Assembly: GCA_015060255.1 (NCBI GenBank)
Contig: SUYV01000003.1
Coordinates: 6,590 to 70,589, forward strand
Length of the DNA: 64,000 bases
Direction: 5' to 3'
Source of the DNA: Bacteroidales bacterium
Lineage (GTDB): Bacteria; Bacteroidota; Bacteroidia; Bacteroidales; UBA932
A program made the translations under genes and the position numbers. The notes under the pieces were generated by a model, which worked only from the letters and a program-made list of their open reading frames with translations, searched no databases and was not told the DNA's origin. Of this stretch, positions 1 to 9,659 are shown in pieces (positions within the stretch are counted from its first letter, which is position 1; every line of letters starts with the position of its first letter).

Positions 1-538
1 GCACCCAGTTGAAGAACACATTGGATGCCACCATTACTATGGAGTTGAAGGTCAATGTCTTGGTCTGTGTGGTTCCGACATAGAATGCACGGAACATCGC
101 CGTGATGAAGGCGAAGACCATGCCCGGCAGTCTCCATCTGACATAGCTCAGTGATGCTGCATAAATGGCATCGGAAGACACAATCTTCCTCATGAGCCAA
201 GGGGAGAACAGTTCGGATAGAAGTATCAGGACTCCGGACAGTGCAAGGACGAAATACAGACCGTTCCAGAAAACCTTTCCTGTCTCCTTGTAGTTGCCTT
301 CGCCGTTTCTTCTGCCAATGATGATCTGGGCCCCGATGCTGAATCCGAATCCGATCATGAACAGGACCATATAATACACGATGGCGATGGCGGAAGCGCC
401 GAGCTCGACCTCACCGACCCTTCCGAGGAAGGCGGTGTCAGTCAGTCCGATCATCTGCTCCATCACCAGGCTTATCAGGATAGGGTAAGCCACCTTCCAG
501 ATATTCCGGTATGAATATGTTCCTATGCTGTTGCTCAT
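1..538 (-). CDS. MATE family efflux transporter (5' part; runs off the window start)
   Basis: Not in the ORF track. My translation from ATG 538 gives MSNSIGTYSYRNIWKVAYPILISLVMEQMIGLTDTAFLGRVGEVELGASAIA..., a MATE N-terminal signature. The ATG overlaps the truB stop (ATGA). Confidence 0.9.
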   Translation of the reverse strand, partial: MSNSIGTYSYRNIWKVAYPILISLVMEQMIGLTDTAFLGRVGEVELGASAIAIVYYMVLFMIGFGFSIGAQIIIGRRNGEGNYKETGKVFWNGLYFVLALSGVLILLSELFSPWLMRKIVSSDAIYAASLSYVRWRLPGMVFAFITAMFRAFYVGTTQTKTLTFNSIVMVASNVFFNWV

Positions 539-1452
539 TTGGTGAACATGCTTATTGTCTGGTCGACGGTCAGGGCGTTTTCTACGCGGAAGATGCCGCT
601 GCGGCTGCGCTGGAGCGAGTCGAGATGGGCTCCCGAGCCTAGCGCCTCGCCCAGGTCGCGCGCGAAGGCACGCACGTAAGTGCCCTTGCTGCAGGCCATC
701 CTGACCACGGCCCGAGGCAGTCCCAAAGCAGAATTGTCAGTGACATTGATCCTGCTTGATGCTGTCGTAACAGCACTATTCAGGACCGTGCTACCCCCCT
801 GGCCGCAGGGGGTGGGGCCCACGAGCAACGCGAAGTGGGAGGGGTTGTCCTGAATAGTGCTGTTACGACAGCTTCCATAGAATGCCAATACTTCCAGTTC
901 CGTGATGTTGATGCGCGACACCCTTATCAGTTCGCGTGCTGCCTCGTCCAGGGAACCGTCTGACTTGTACAGTTTGCGCGCCAGCTCATATGCACGCACT
1001 CCGTCAACAGACTTGGCAGAGAAGAGGGGAGCGATCTGGTCCTGCTCTCCGATGAATGCCGGAAGCGCCTCAGCTACAGCCTCAGCTGTTATATGCTCAT
1101 GCGGGAAGAACCTGTCGATCTCCTTCTCCAGGTCATATGACGGTGTGGTGGCTCCGAAAGTGATGCCGGCCACATACTCCTTGTCATGCGACTGCAGTTC
1201 CTCCGCAAGCTTCGTCGCCTTGCCGATGCACACCAGCAGCACGCCAGTGGCCAGCGGGTCCAGCGTGCCGGCATGCCCTACCTTGAGATTCTTCTTGCCG
1301 AAATGACGGATCGCGGCGAACTTGACCTTTCTGATCACGTCCGCCGAAGTCCATCTGTATGGCTTGTCTATCGGGATTATTATCCCTTCCGGATAGTCGT
1401 CGATGCTTCTGGTGAGCGGTGCTGACTCCGGACTTAATATCAATGCTTCCAA
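535..1452 (-). CDS. truB: tRNA pseudouridine(55) synthase TruB, with an in-frame palindromic insertion
   Basis: Motifs IDKPYRWTS, KVGHAGTLDPLATGVL and CSKGTYVRAFARDLG; TTG start. Confidence 0.95.
   Translation of the reverse strand: MEALILSPESAPLTRSIDDYPEGIIIPIDKPYRWTSADVIRKVKFAAIRHFGKKNLKVGHAGTLDPLATGVLLVCIGKATKLAEELQSHDKEYVAGITFGATTPSYDLEKEIDRFFPHEHITAEAVAEALPAFIGEQDQIAPLFSAKSVDGVRAYELARKLYKSDGSLDEAARELIRVSRINITELEVLAFYGSCRNSTIQDNPSHFALLVGPTPCGQGGSTVLNSAVTTASSRINVTDNSALGLPRAVVRMACSKGTYVRAFARDLGEALGSGAHLDSLQRSRSGIFRVENALTVDQTISMFTK
761..872. mobile_element. MITE/RPE-like palindromic element inside truB
   Basis: GCTGTCGTAACAGCACTATTCAGGAC (761-786) is the exact reverse complement of 847-872. 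The GC-rich core has sub-hairpins CCCCCTG/CAGGGGG and CCCAC/GTGGG. Mobility is inferred. Confidence 0.7.
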
Positions 1453-1458
1453 AATGAA

Positions 1459-1890
1459 TTATTTACAAGGTATCTTGTCGATGCGGTTCTGGTGACGTCC
1501 GCCCTCGAAAGTCTCGCCGAGCCATGCGTCAGTGATCTCGATCACGGTCTCGAACGGAATGAAACGGGCCGGCATCACGAGCACGTTCGCGTTGTTGTGC
1601 TGCTTGATGAGCTTGCCGATCTCCACTGACCAGCAGAGTCCTGCGCGGATGCCCTGGTGCTTGTTGAGTGTCATTCCGATACCGTTGCCCGTGCCGCAGA
1701 ATGCGATGCCGAGGTCAACTTCTCCGTTCTCTACAGCAGATGCCATGGGATGAGCGACATCCGGATAGTCCATGCTTGCAGTTGTGTCGGTGCCGAAGTT
1801 CACCATCTCGTAGCCTTTGCCGGTGAGATACTCAACCAGTCTGTTCTTGTACTCCACGCCGGCGTGGTCGTTACAGATACCTATTTTCAT
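1459..1890 (-). CDS. rpiB: Ribose-5-phosphate isomerase B
   Basis: Motifs DHAG, DYPD, CGTGNG, HNNAN and FEGGRHQNR. Confidence 0.93.
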   Translation of the reverse strand: MKIGICNDHAGVEYKNRLVEYLTGKGYEMVNFGTDTTASMDYPDVAHPMASAVENGEVDLGIAFCGTGNGIGMTLNKHQGIRAGLCWSVEIGKLIKQHNNANVLVMPARFIPFETVIEITDAWLGETFEGGRHQNRIDKIPCK

Positions 1891-1967
1891 ATTTTCTAAA
1901 GTTGTGTTTAATACGATGATTATGCAAATTTAGTGGTATGGCGTCAAAAATAAAAATGTAAAAAGAG

Positions 1968-1975
1968 TATATTTG
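1968..1975 (+). promoter_or_regulatory. Bacteroidetes -7 promoter element (TATATTTG) for the glycerate kinase gene
   Basis: Matches TAnnTTTG. The divergent rpiB element TAAATTTG lies at 1925-1932 on the minus strand. Confidence 0.55.
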
Positions 1976-1980
1976 CAAGG

Positions 1981-3111
1981 ATGTCGGGAAAATTTCATAA
2001 AGTCGTTGTCGCCTCTGACTCTTTCAAGGGCTGTCTTACCTCGATGCATGTCGCTGAGGCGGTGGAGGCAGGTATCCATATGTGCTGTTCCGATTGTCAG
2101 GTGGTCAGGCTTGCGGTCGCCGACGGGGGCGAGGGGACCGTCGATGCTCTGATTGAGACTATGGGAGGCCGTCGCGTTTCCGTTGAGGTCCTAGACCCGC
2201 TTGGAAGGCCGTGTATGGCGGAATATGCCATTCTGAATGATGAAGTGACGGCAGTCATGGAAATGTCATCGGCAAGCGGCCTGCCGCTGCTGAGACCCGA
2301 AGAGAGGAATCCGATGAAGACTTCGACCTATGGCACAGGACAGATGATTGCCGATGCCTTGGACCGCGGATGCCGCAGATTCCTGATAGGAATAGGAGGC
2401 AGTGCGACGAATGATGCCGGAATGGGCATGCTGGAGGCTCTAGGGTGCCGTTTTCTTGACCAGGAAGGAAATGAGTTGAGGGGCTGTGGTGAGTCTATGT
2501 CTCGAGTTGTCACCATAGATATGTCGGACCTAAGACCGGAAGTCAATGAGTCTGAGTTTATTGTAGCATGCGATGTCGACTCGCCTTTTCACGGACCGAA
2601 AGGCGCGGCGTATGTATATGGTCCTCAGAAGGGCGCCACACCTGAAATGCTCATCCGTCTGGACGACGGGTTGAGGAATATGGCGGATCTGATAGCTCGT
2701 GAAATGGGAATTCAGGTGGCAGATATGCCCGGAGCAGGTGCGGCAGGAGGCCTGGGAGGAGCCTTCAAGGCATTCCTGAATGCCGGACTTCGGAGGGGAG
2801 CAGAGATGGTCCTGGAAGCCATAGGGTTTGATGAGATCATCAAGGATGCAGACCTTGTCATCACGGGTGAGGGTAGAATTGATTCCCAGACCATGACAGG
2901 AAAACTGCCATATGCTGTGGCCCGGCGTGCCGGAGCACAAGGCATAACGGTGCTGGCAATATGCGGCACGGCAGAAATCCAGTCCCATCCGTCATTCACA
3001 GCAATCTGCCCTATAACACCCCCGGAAATACCTCTTCAGACAGCCCTGCAGCCATCAGTGGCCACTCTCAACATCATGAATACGATCATTGAGTTCTATG
3101 ATAATAACTGA
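1981..3111 (+). CDS. glxK: Glycerate kinase (GlxK/GarK family)
   Basis: Motifs DSFKG, ADGGEGT, GIGGSATND, GAGAAGGLG and TGEGRIDSQT. Confidence 0.92.
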   Translation: MSGKFHKVVVASDSFKGCLTSMHVAEAVEAGIHMCCSDCQVVRLAVADGGEGTVDALIETMGGRRVSVEVLDPLGRPCMAEYAILNDEVTAVMEMSSASGLPLLRPEERNPMKTSTYGTGQMIADALDRGCRRFLIGIGGSATNDAGMGMLEALGCRFLDQEGNELRGCGESMSRVVTIDMSDLRPEVNESEFIVACDVDSPFHGPKGAAYVYGPQKGATPEMLIRLDDGLRNMADLIAREMGIQVADMPGAGAAGGLGGAFKAFLNAGLRRGAEMVLEAIGFDEIIKDADLVITGEGRIDSQTMTGKLPYAVARRAGAQGITVLAICGTAEIQSHPSFTAICPITPPEIPLQTALQPSVATLNIMNTIIEFYDNN

Positions 3112-3140
3112 AAGAGGCTGGTTTCGAAACCAGCCTCTTT
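3111..3140. terminator. Bidirectional intrinsic terminator between convergent glxK and gltX
   Basis: Perfect 30-bp palindrome AAAGAGGCTGGTTTCGAAACCAGCCTCTTT lying directly between the two stop codons. Confidence 0.8.
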
Positions 3141-3142
3141 GT

Positions 3143-4777
3143 TTAGCAGAGCTTGCTCTTTATGTATTCGATTCGTTTTGCGAATTCTTTCTTTCCTATG
3201 AGGGTCACGATGTCTGCGATTCCCAGGCCGTTCGAGCCGCCGACCATTGCGAGTCTGAGGCAGTTCATCACCTTGCCCATAGGCCATTCGTTGCCGCGTA
3301 TGAACTCCTCGAGCGGTCCTTCGAGTGCTTCCTTTGTGAACTCTCCCTCAAATCGGAGGATGAAGTCAGCAACCTGGAGAGCAAGAGTATAGTTCTCTTC
3401 CTTCCAGAATTTTGCAGCATCCTTCTCCACGAATTCAGCAGGTGCCACGAAGAGGTATGGAGCTATGTCCCAGAAGTCTGCCACGAATGTGGCTCTTTCT
3501 TGGATCAATGCCACGATTCTCTCCACATACTGGCGTGAGAAGATCTTATTTTCGAAGTCCGCACCTGTAACTGTCATCTCTGAACCTGCAGTCAGCGCGC
3601 ATGCCGGGCAGTCTACGATCTGAAGGCCATGTGACTCGAGTATCGGAATATAGAGCGATGTAAGCTCCTCCACGCTCTTTGTGCGGAGATATTCCTTGTT
3701 ATACCATTTTGCCTTGTCTGCATTGAAGCGTGCGCCAGACTTGATGACTCTCTCGAGCGAGAAAGCTCCGATGAGCTCCTCGAGTGAGAAGAGCTCCTGC
3801 TCTGTTCCCGGATTCCATCCGAGCATTGCAAGGAGGTTTACGAATGCCTCAGGGAAATATCCGTCCTCGCGGTAACCGCGTGACACCTCTCCCTCTGCAT
3901 TGACCCACTTGAGCGGGAACACAGGGAATCCGAGGCGGTCTCCGTCGCGCTTGCTGAGCTTGCCTTTTCCGTCCGGCTTCAGGAGAAGCGACAGGTGGGC
4001 GAAGCGAGGCTGTGTCTCTGTCCAGCCGAATGCCTCGTAGAGCAGGTAGTGGAGAGGAAGCGAAGGAAGCCACTCTTCTCCACGGATAACCTCTGTGATC
4101 TCCATGAGGTGGTCGTCCACGATGTTTGCAAGGTGGTATGTAGGGAGCTCGTCAGCCCTCTTCCAGAGCACCTTGTCATCAAGAGTCGAAGTGTTCACCT
4201 CTACGTGTCCGCGGATGAGGTCATCCATCTTCACGACTCTGTTCTCAGGCATCTTGAAGCGGATGGTCCAGTCTGTGCGCTCCTCAAGAAGCGCCTTCCA
4301 CTCTGCCTCCGGCATTGAAAGCGAATTGCGCAGGCCCATGCGTGTTGTCTGGCCATATATGAATGTCTGTCCCGCAGCCTCCATCTCGGCGCGCTTGGCT
4401 CCGAGCTCTTCGGCTGTATCGAATGCATAGTATGCAAATCCGTCGGCCACGAGCTGCTCGGCATACTGACGATAGATAGGCTTTCTCTGGCTCTGTCTGT
4501 ATGGGGCATGCGGATGACGCTCTGAAGCGGTCTCTACTACATTGCCGTCTGCATCCACTCCTTCGTCAGGAATGATGCCGCACCAGTTGAGCGCCTCGAT
4601 GATGTATTTCTCCGCTCCGGGAACGAATCTCTGCGAGTCGGTGTCCTCGATGCGGATGATGAAATCTCCTCCGTGCTGCTTTGCAAAGAGATAGTTGTAA
4701 AGAGCTGTCCTTACTCCTCCCATATGGAGAGGACCTGTAGGTGAAGGTGCAAACCTTACTCTTGTTTTCCTTGTCAT
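3143..4777 (-). CDS. gltX: Glutamate--tRNA ligase
   Basis: RVRFAPSPTGPLHMGG (HIGH), RIEDTD, IRGEEW and KLSKR (KMSKS). Start taken at ATG 4777 (MTRKTRVRF). Confidence 0.96.
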   Translation of the reverse strand: MTRKTRVRFAPSPTGPLHMGGVRTALYNYLFAKQHGGDFIIRIEDTDSQRFVPGAEKYIIEALNWCGIIPDEGVDADGNVVETASERHPHAPYRQSQRKPIYRQYAEQLVADGFAYYAFDTAEELGAKRAEMEAAGQTFIYGQTTRMGLRNSLSMPEAEWKALLEERTDWTIRFKMPENRVVKMDDLIRGHVEVNTSTLDDKVLWKRADELPTYHLANIVDDHLMEITEVIRGEEWLPSLPLHYLLYEAFGWTETQPRFAHLSLLLKPDGKGKLSKRDGDRLGFPVFPLKWVNAEGEVSRGYREDGYFPEAFVNLLAMLGWNPGTEQELFSLEELIGAFSLERVIKSGARFNADKAKWYNKEYLRTKSVEELTSLYIPILESHGLQIVDCPACALTAGSEMTVTGADFENKIFSRQYVERIVALIQERATFVADFWDIAPYLFVAPAEFVEKDAAKFWKEENYTLALQVADFILRFEGEFTKEALEGPLEEFIRGNEWPMGKVMNCLRLAMVGGSNGLGIADIVTLIGKKEFAKRIEYIKSKLC

Positions 4778-4781
4778 ATGT

Positions 4782-6050
4782 TTATTCTGTTTTGTCTGAT
4801 CTGTTTTTCCTCTTGATGGCTGTAAGGTTCTCCAGTGTGCTTTTGTCATCTCCTTCCCCTACGATGAGAACCGGCTTGCCATTCGATCCGAAATCCATTG
4901 TCTTCTTGATGCTGGTGGTGTTGAAGCCTATCTTCTGACTTCTTACCTCCGGCAGGACTATGCCTTCGCCTGCATATGCAGTGTCCTTGCTGTATGTGAA
5001 GTTGCTGTCTATTACGATGATGTTGCCGAGCTTTACGTCGGTGATCTCGTTCAGACGCATCATTTCGAATCCTGTGGCGATGACGGTGATGTTCACCTTG
5101 TCGCCGAACTCCTTGTCCATTTCATAGACTATGCCTCGCTTGAATCTGTTGGCTTCCTCCCCGAGATGTTCTGTCATAAGCCTGTCGATTTCCGCGAGAT
5201 CATCCATCAGAAGTCCTTCCTCATTGTAACCTGCGGTAATGTTTATCAGAACATTCTTTGCAGTCTGGATGTCAAAGTCATTGAGGAGGGGAGATGCAAG
5301 GGCACCATTGACAGCATCGGCAATCCTGTTCTTTCCCTTGCCGCTTCCGCAGCCCATAAGCGCCATGCCGCTTCCGGTCATCATCGCCTTTACATCCTTG
5401 AAGTCCACGTTGACATATCCTGGCTTGTTGATGATTTCGGTAATTCCCTGCACAGCTGTTGCAAGCACTTCGTCAGTCTTAGGGAAGGCCTCCTGGATGA
5501 GCAGACCGCCGTAATGGCTGTAGATCTTCTCGTTGTTGATGATGAGGAGGCTGTCTACGTTCTTCTGCAGTTCATAGATGCCGTCTATGGCCTTTGACAT
5601 GGACTCGTTACCTTCATTCTTGAATGGGATTGTAACAACTCCTACAGTGAGGATGCCTTTGTTCTTGGCCATTGCGGCAATCACCGGAGCTGCGCCTGTG
5701 CCAGTGCCGCCTCCCATGCCCGCAGTGATGAAGAGCATGTCAGTCTTTGTGTTGAGCACTTTCTCTTCGATCTCCTGCTGTGAGTTGAGTGCGGCATTGC
5801 GACCCTCAGTAGGGTTGCAGCCGGCGCCAAGTCCCGAACCAAGCTGAATCTTGATCGGAACGGGACTTTTCTTGAGGGACTGTGAATCGGTGTTGCATAC
5901 AATGAAGGTACATCCCTCGATCCTTCTGTTATACATATAGTTCACGGCGTTGCATCCGCCACCGCCGACTCCGATTACCTTTATGATTGAATTCTCGGGT
6001 ATCCAGTCTGTTGGGGTAACCTCGAGTTCTGTAACGTCCAGATATGTCAT
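4782..6050 (-). CDS. ftsZ: Cell division GTPase FtsZ
   Basis: GVGGGGCNAV, tubulin signature GMGGGTGTG and NVDFKD. Confidence 0.97.
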   Translation of the reverse strand: MTYLDVTELEVTPTDWIPENSIIKVIGVGGGGCNAVNYMYNRRIEGCTFIVCNTDSQSLKKSPVPIKIQLGSGLGAGCNPTEGRNAALNSQQEIEEKVLNTKTDMLFITAGMGGGTGTGAAPVIAAMAKNKGILTVGVVTIPFKNEGNESMSKAIDGIYELQKNVDSLLIINNEKIYSHYGGLLIQEAFPKTDEVLATAVQGITEIINKPGYVNVDFKDVKAMMTGSGMALMGCGSGKGKNRIADAVNGALASPLLNDFDIQTAKNVLINITAGYNEEGLLMDDLAEIDRLMTEHLGEEANRFKRGIVYEMDKEFGDKVNITVIATGFEMMRLNEITDVKLGNIIVIDSNFTYSKDTAYAGEGIVLPEVRSQKIGFNTTSIKKTMDFGSNGKPVLIVGEGDDKSTLENLTAIKRKNRSDKTE

Positions 6051-6076
6051 AGTATCAATTTTTTCGTCTTTTTGTG

Positions 6077-7522
6077 TTACCTCGATATGTCATCTATCAT
6101 ATCGTCAGCCTTGTCGGTAAAGTCTTCGATCTTGCTCTGAGCCTTTCCCCATAGAATCTTTATGCGCTTGATGAACGCGCTGTCCTCCTTTGGCTCTGCT
6201 GGTACAGGTTCCGGCTGCGGTTCTGCTTCTGTTTCATGCATCGGCTCTGCAACACTCTCTTCTTCCGGTTCCTGCGCTGTGGCTGTTTCCGGAACATATT
6301 CCACCTCTGTATGGATGTCCGGCACACCTGTCACGCAGTTCATGGCATCTTCTTCCAGAGCAGCCTTTATAAGACCGATAGCCGTGGTGGCGGTGGTGTC
6401 GTTGATACCGTCAATTCCCTGGCTGGAGAACTCCTGCAGAGGGTATCCGGTCCTTACCTTGTATCCGGACATATCGCTTATCAACAGACCGAGATTCGGA
6501 ATCTGCGCACATCCTCCTGTCACGACAATGCCGCTTCTGAGGTGCTCCGCGAGTCCGCTTTCATTTATTTCGTAAAGTATTGCATGAAGGATTTCCTCGA
6601 CTCTTGCTGTGATGACCTCCGACAGATATTTTACTGTAACCTGCTTGTCCTGCTCAGCACCGGAACCTTTGATGTGCAGAACTTTTTCGCTGAGACTCTG
6701 AAGTTTGTCCGGCATGCATGCTCCGAAGGCCAGCTTGATGTTCTCTGCAAGCCTCTCGGTAATCTCCACTTCCGCCTTGATGTCGTGAGTGATGTTCCTG
6801 CCTCCAAAAGGAATGGATGCGTAGTGACGCATTATCTTGTCATGGTATACGGTCACTGATGTACATCCGCCTCCGAAGTCCACGAGGGCGACTCCGTTCT
6901 CCATCTCGGTTTCTGTGAGGATTGCCTTGGCAGTGGTTTCTGCCGTGAAGTATTTCTTCCTTGCAGAGATACCTGTTTTTGTAAGGAGTGTGTCGGCGTT
7001 CTTGAGGTCCTTCTTTCTTCCTATGAATATCTTGAAATGTCCCTCGAGTACGTCGCTTATCATGCCTACGATATCGCTTTCGATGAGCTGGAAATATTCT
7101 CCGTCAGAGAAAGACTGCGCCACTGCACCATAGATGGCCTCTTTCTGAGGATCCTCCAGAGGATAAGTCTCTTCGGCAAATCTCTTGAGATTGTCTACAT
7201 CTTCAGCTGTGATCTCGGTATCTTCCCCTCTGTCCATGACCTTTCCGCTGTTTGACTCCTGACGGATAGGGTACTTCGGCATTCCGATGACCACCTGGTT
7301 GATCTTGATGTTGAGGGACTCTTCCGCATCCCTGATAAGACGGCACAGCGGCTCTTTCGCCTGGGATATGTTCCAGACGCTGCTGTAGTTGATTCCGGCA
7401 GACTGGGTCTCTTTGTAATAGACTATCTCGACGTTGCTCCCGTTGACCTTTGCAACAATCAGGGCCATCTTGGATGTACCAAGATCTATCGCTACAATGT
7501 GTTTCTCTGTATGTTCACTCAT
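6077..7522 (-). CDS. ftsA: Cell division protein FtsA
   Basis: IDLGTSK, VDFGGGCT and VVTGG actin-like motifs; position in the dcw cluster. Confidence 0.93.
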   Translation of the reverse strand: MSEHTEKHIVAIDLGTSKMALIVAKVNGSNVEIVYYKETQSAGINYSSVWNISQAKEPLCRLIRDAEESLNIKINQVVIGMPKYPIRQESNSGKVMDRGEDTEITAEDVDNLKRFAEETYPLEDPQKEAIYGAVAQSFSDGEYFQLIESDIVGMISDVLEGHFKIFIGRKKDLKNADTLLTKTGISARKKYFTAETTAKAILTETEMENGVALVDFGGGCTSVTVYHDKIMRHYASIPFGGRNITHDIKAEVEITERLAENIKLAFGACMPDKLQSLSEKVLHIKGSGAEQDKQVTVKYLSEVITARVEEILHAILYEINESGLAEHLRSGIVVTGGCAQIPNLGLLISDMSGYKVRTGYPLQEFSSQGIDGINDTTATTAIGLIKAALEEDAMNCVTGVPDIHTEVEYVPETATAQEPEEESVAEPMHETEAEPQPEPVPAEPKEDSAFIKRIKILWGKAQSKIEDFTDKADDMIDDISR

Positions 7523-7547
7523 ATATGTTTCTCCTTACACTTCTTCT

Positions 7548-8297
7548 TTATTTTTCCTCTCTGCAGACAATCTGTCCGTCAAACCTGATGTCCACCCATC
7601 TGTAATCCTTGTCTGTCTTGGACGGCTTTATGGCTTTATAGTAGAGTTCCATCTTCTTGAACTTGCTTTCGATGTCGGTCGGATGTCCGAAGATGAACTT
7701 CTCCTTCCCGTCTCTCGGCACAAGAGTCAGATTGCCGTCTTCTTCCACCGTGATCTGTACGATCTTGTCTTTCCAGACCTTGCTGTCGTCTATATGTCTT
7801 ACAAGACGGATCATGCGCTCCAGCCATTCTTCGTTGTTGAGTGGAATGGCTCCGTCTACAATCTGCACATGTGATGCGTATGTGCTCTGCAATGGGAAAA
7901 GGTAGCCGGTTTCATCTGCATAGAATCCCTTGCTGCCTTTCTGGAATCTTACAATCGGCTTTCTTTGCGTGATGGTCACATTCAGCATGCTGTCCTTTGT
8001 CGCATATGCCTCGCTTTTATATATGGCACTCTTGCCGTCCAGTATGCTTTCTATCTTCGTCAGATCTATTTCATCTATAGGCAGTCCTATGTATCCGCTG
8101 TATTCGCTGTCAAGTATCTTCCTTACCTCATCAGGTCTGATGAACTGGTTTGCCGCACTGTCTGGAATGCATATCGATAATCCTTTGCATGTAATGGGCT
8201 TTCTGTGAGATGCTCCGAGCATATAGGACGCCACAAGCGCTGCCGTCAGCAGGACGGCAAAGCTTATGTTGATGATATGTCTGACAATTCTTGGCAT
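7548..8297 (-). CDS. ftsQ: Cell division protein FtsQ/DivIB-like
   Basis: N-terminal TM helix, POTRA-like region and C-terminal VDIRFDGQIVC; lies between murC and ftsA. Confidence 0.85.
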   Translation of the reverse strand: MPRIVRHIINISFAVLLTAALVASYMLGASHRKPITCKGLSICIPDSAANQFIRPDEVRKILDSEYSGYIGLPIDEIDLTKIESILDGKSAIYKSEAYATKDSMLNVTITQRKPIVRFQKGSKGFYADETGYLFPLQSTYASHVQIVDGAIPLNNEEWLERMIRLVRHIDDSKVWKDKIVQITVEEDGNLTLVPRDGKEKFIFGHPTDIESKFKKMELYYKAIKPSKTDKDYRWVDIRFDGQIVCREEK

Positions 8298-8300
8298 GTG

Positions 8301-9659
8301 TTATCTGTCTGTCTTCTTCTTAAGTATCTCGGCAAGAGGACCTGTAAGTCTGTCTATGTCCCCGGCTCCCAAGGTTATGAATACATCCTTGCCGGTAAGT
8401 TCGAGGCCTTCGACGAATCCGATCAGTTCTTCTTTCTTCATCAGGTTCTTTTCAGGAGCTGTCACGTCCTTGAATATGATTTCGGATGTAACTCCCGGTA
8501 TAGGCTCTTCTCTTGCCGGATAGATATCCAGGAGAATCAGTCTGTCTACCTGACTGAGTGCAATGGCGAACTCCTCCGCGAAGTCTCTTGTCCTTGTGTA
8601 GAGGTGCGGCTGGAAGATAGCTGTGAACTTATGGTCCGGATATCTTCCCTTGATCGAGCTTATTGCTGCAGATATCTCGTTCGGGTGGTGGGCATAATCG
8701 TCAATGTAGATTATGCCGTCCTTTTCAAGCTGCTTGTCGAATCTTCTTTTGACGCCTGAGAAGCTTGCAAGAGCCTTCTTTATCTTGAGCGGGTCTATGC
8801 CGTATGTGAGGGCTATGGCTGCGGCTCCTGTTCCGTTCTCGATGTTTACCCATCCCGGTATGCCTACGACGCAGTCCTCGATCACGCCACCGGGGTAGTG
8901 AAGGTTGAAATGCTCTCCTTCAAGAGGTTCTGCATAGAAGTCTGCGGAAGGGTTGTCATAAGCATATGTGGCAATCTTCGCCTTTGTATCTTCTGAAGTT
9001 ATGTCTAGACCGTACTTCACGATGACTGTTCCGCTGACCTGTGATGCGAAAGCCTTGAATGCTTCCCTTATGTGGGCTTCGTCCCCATAGATGTCAAGAT
9101 GGTCAGGGTCCATCGAGGTTATTACCGCAATTTCCGGAAACAGTTGCAGGAATGACCTGTCGAATTCGTCAGCTTCAGCTACGATGACGTTGTTTTCGTT
9201 GATCAGCAGGTTGCTGTCATAGTTCTTCGATATTCCTCCAAGGAATGCAGAGCAACCTTCTCCGCTGTCGGTGAAAAGATGGCTTACAAGGGTACTGGTC
9301 GTTGTCTTGCCATGGGTTCCTGCCACAGCCATGCATCTTTGTCCCTGTGCGATCTCTCCAAGCATACGTGAACGTTTGATGACCCTGTATCCGTTCTCCT
9401 GGACGAATACAAGTTCTCCCATGTTCTTCGGAATGGCTGGCGTATATACTACGAGGGTGTTGTCAGTATCCTTAGGGATATAAGCAGTATCGTCCTCATA
9501 ATGTATCTCTATGCCTTCGCTCTCAAGTGCCTTTGTCAAAGGTGACGGAGTCCTGTCATATCCGCTTACCTTGTAACCTTTGGCATTGTAATACCTGGCT
9601 ATGGCGCTCATGCCGATTCCGCCGATTCCGATGAAATATATGTTACTGTATGTCTTCAT
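8301..9659 (-). CDS. murC: UDP-N-acetylmuramate--L-alanine ligase
   Basis: FIGIGGIGMS, GTHGKTTT, EADEFDRSF, DDYAHHP and FQPH. Confidence 0.96.
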   Translation of the reverse strand: MKTYSNIYFIGIGGIGMSAIARYYNAKGYKVSGYDRTPSPLTKALESEGIEIHYEDDTAYIPKDTDNTLVVYTPAIPKNMGELVFVQENGYRVIKRSRMLGEIAQGQRCMAVAGTHGKTTTSTLVSHLFTDSGEGCSAFLGGISKNYDSNLLINENNVIVAEADEFDRSFLQLFPEIAVITSMDPDHLDIYGDEAHIREAFKAFASQVSGTVIVKYGLDITSEDTKAKIATYAYDNPSADFYAEPLEGEHFNLHYPGGVIEDCVVGIPGWVNIENGTGAAAIALTYGIDPLKIKKALASFSGVKRRFDKQLEKDGIIYIDDYAHHPNEISAAISSIKGRYPDHKFTAIFQPHLYTRTRDFAEEFAIALSQVDRLILLDIYPAREEPIPGVTSEIIFKDVTAPEKNLMKKEELIGFVEGLELTGKDVFITLGAGDIDRLTGPLAEILKKKTDR

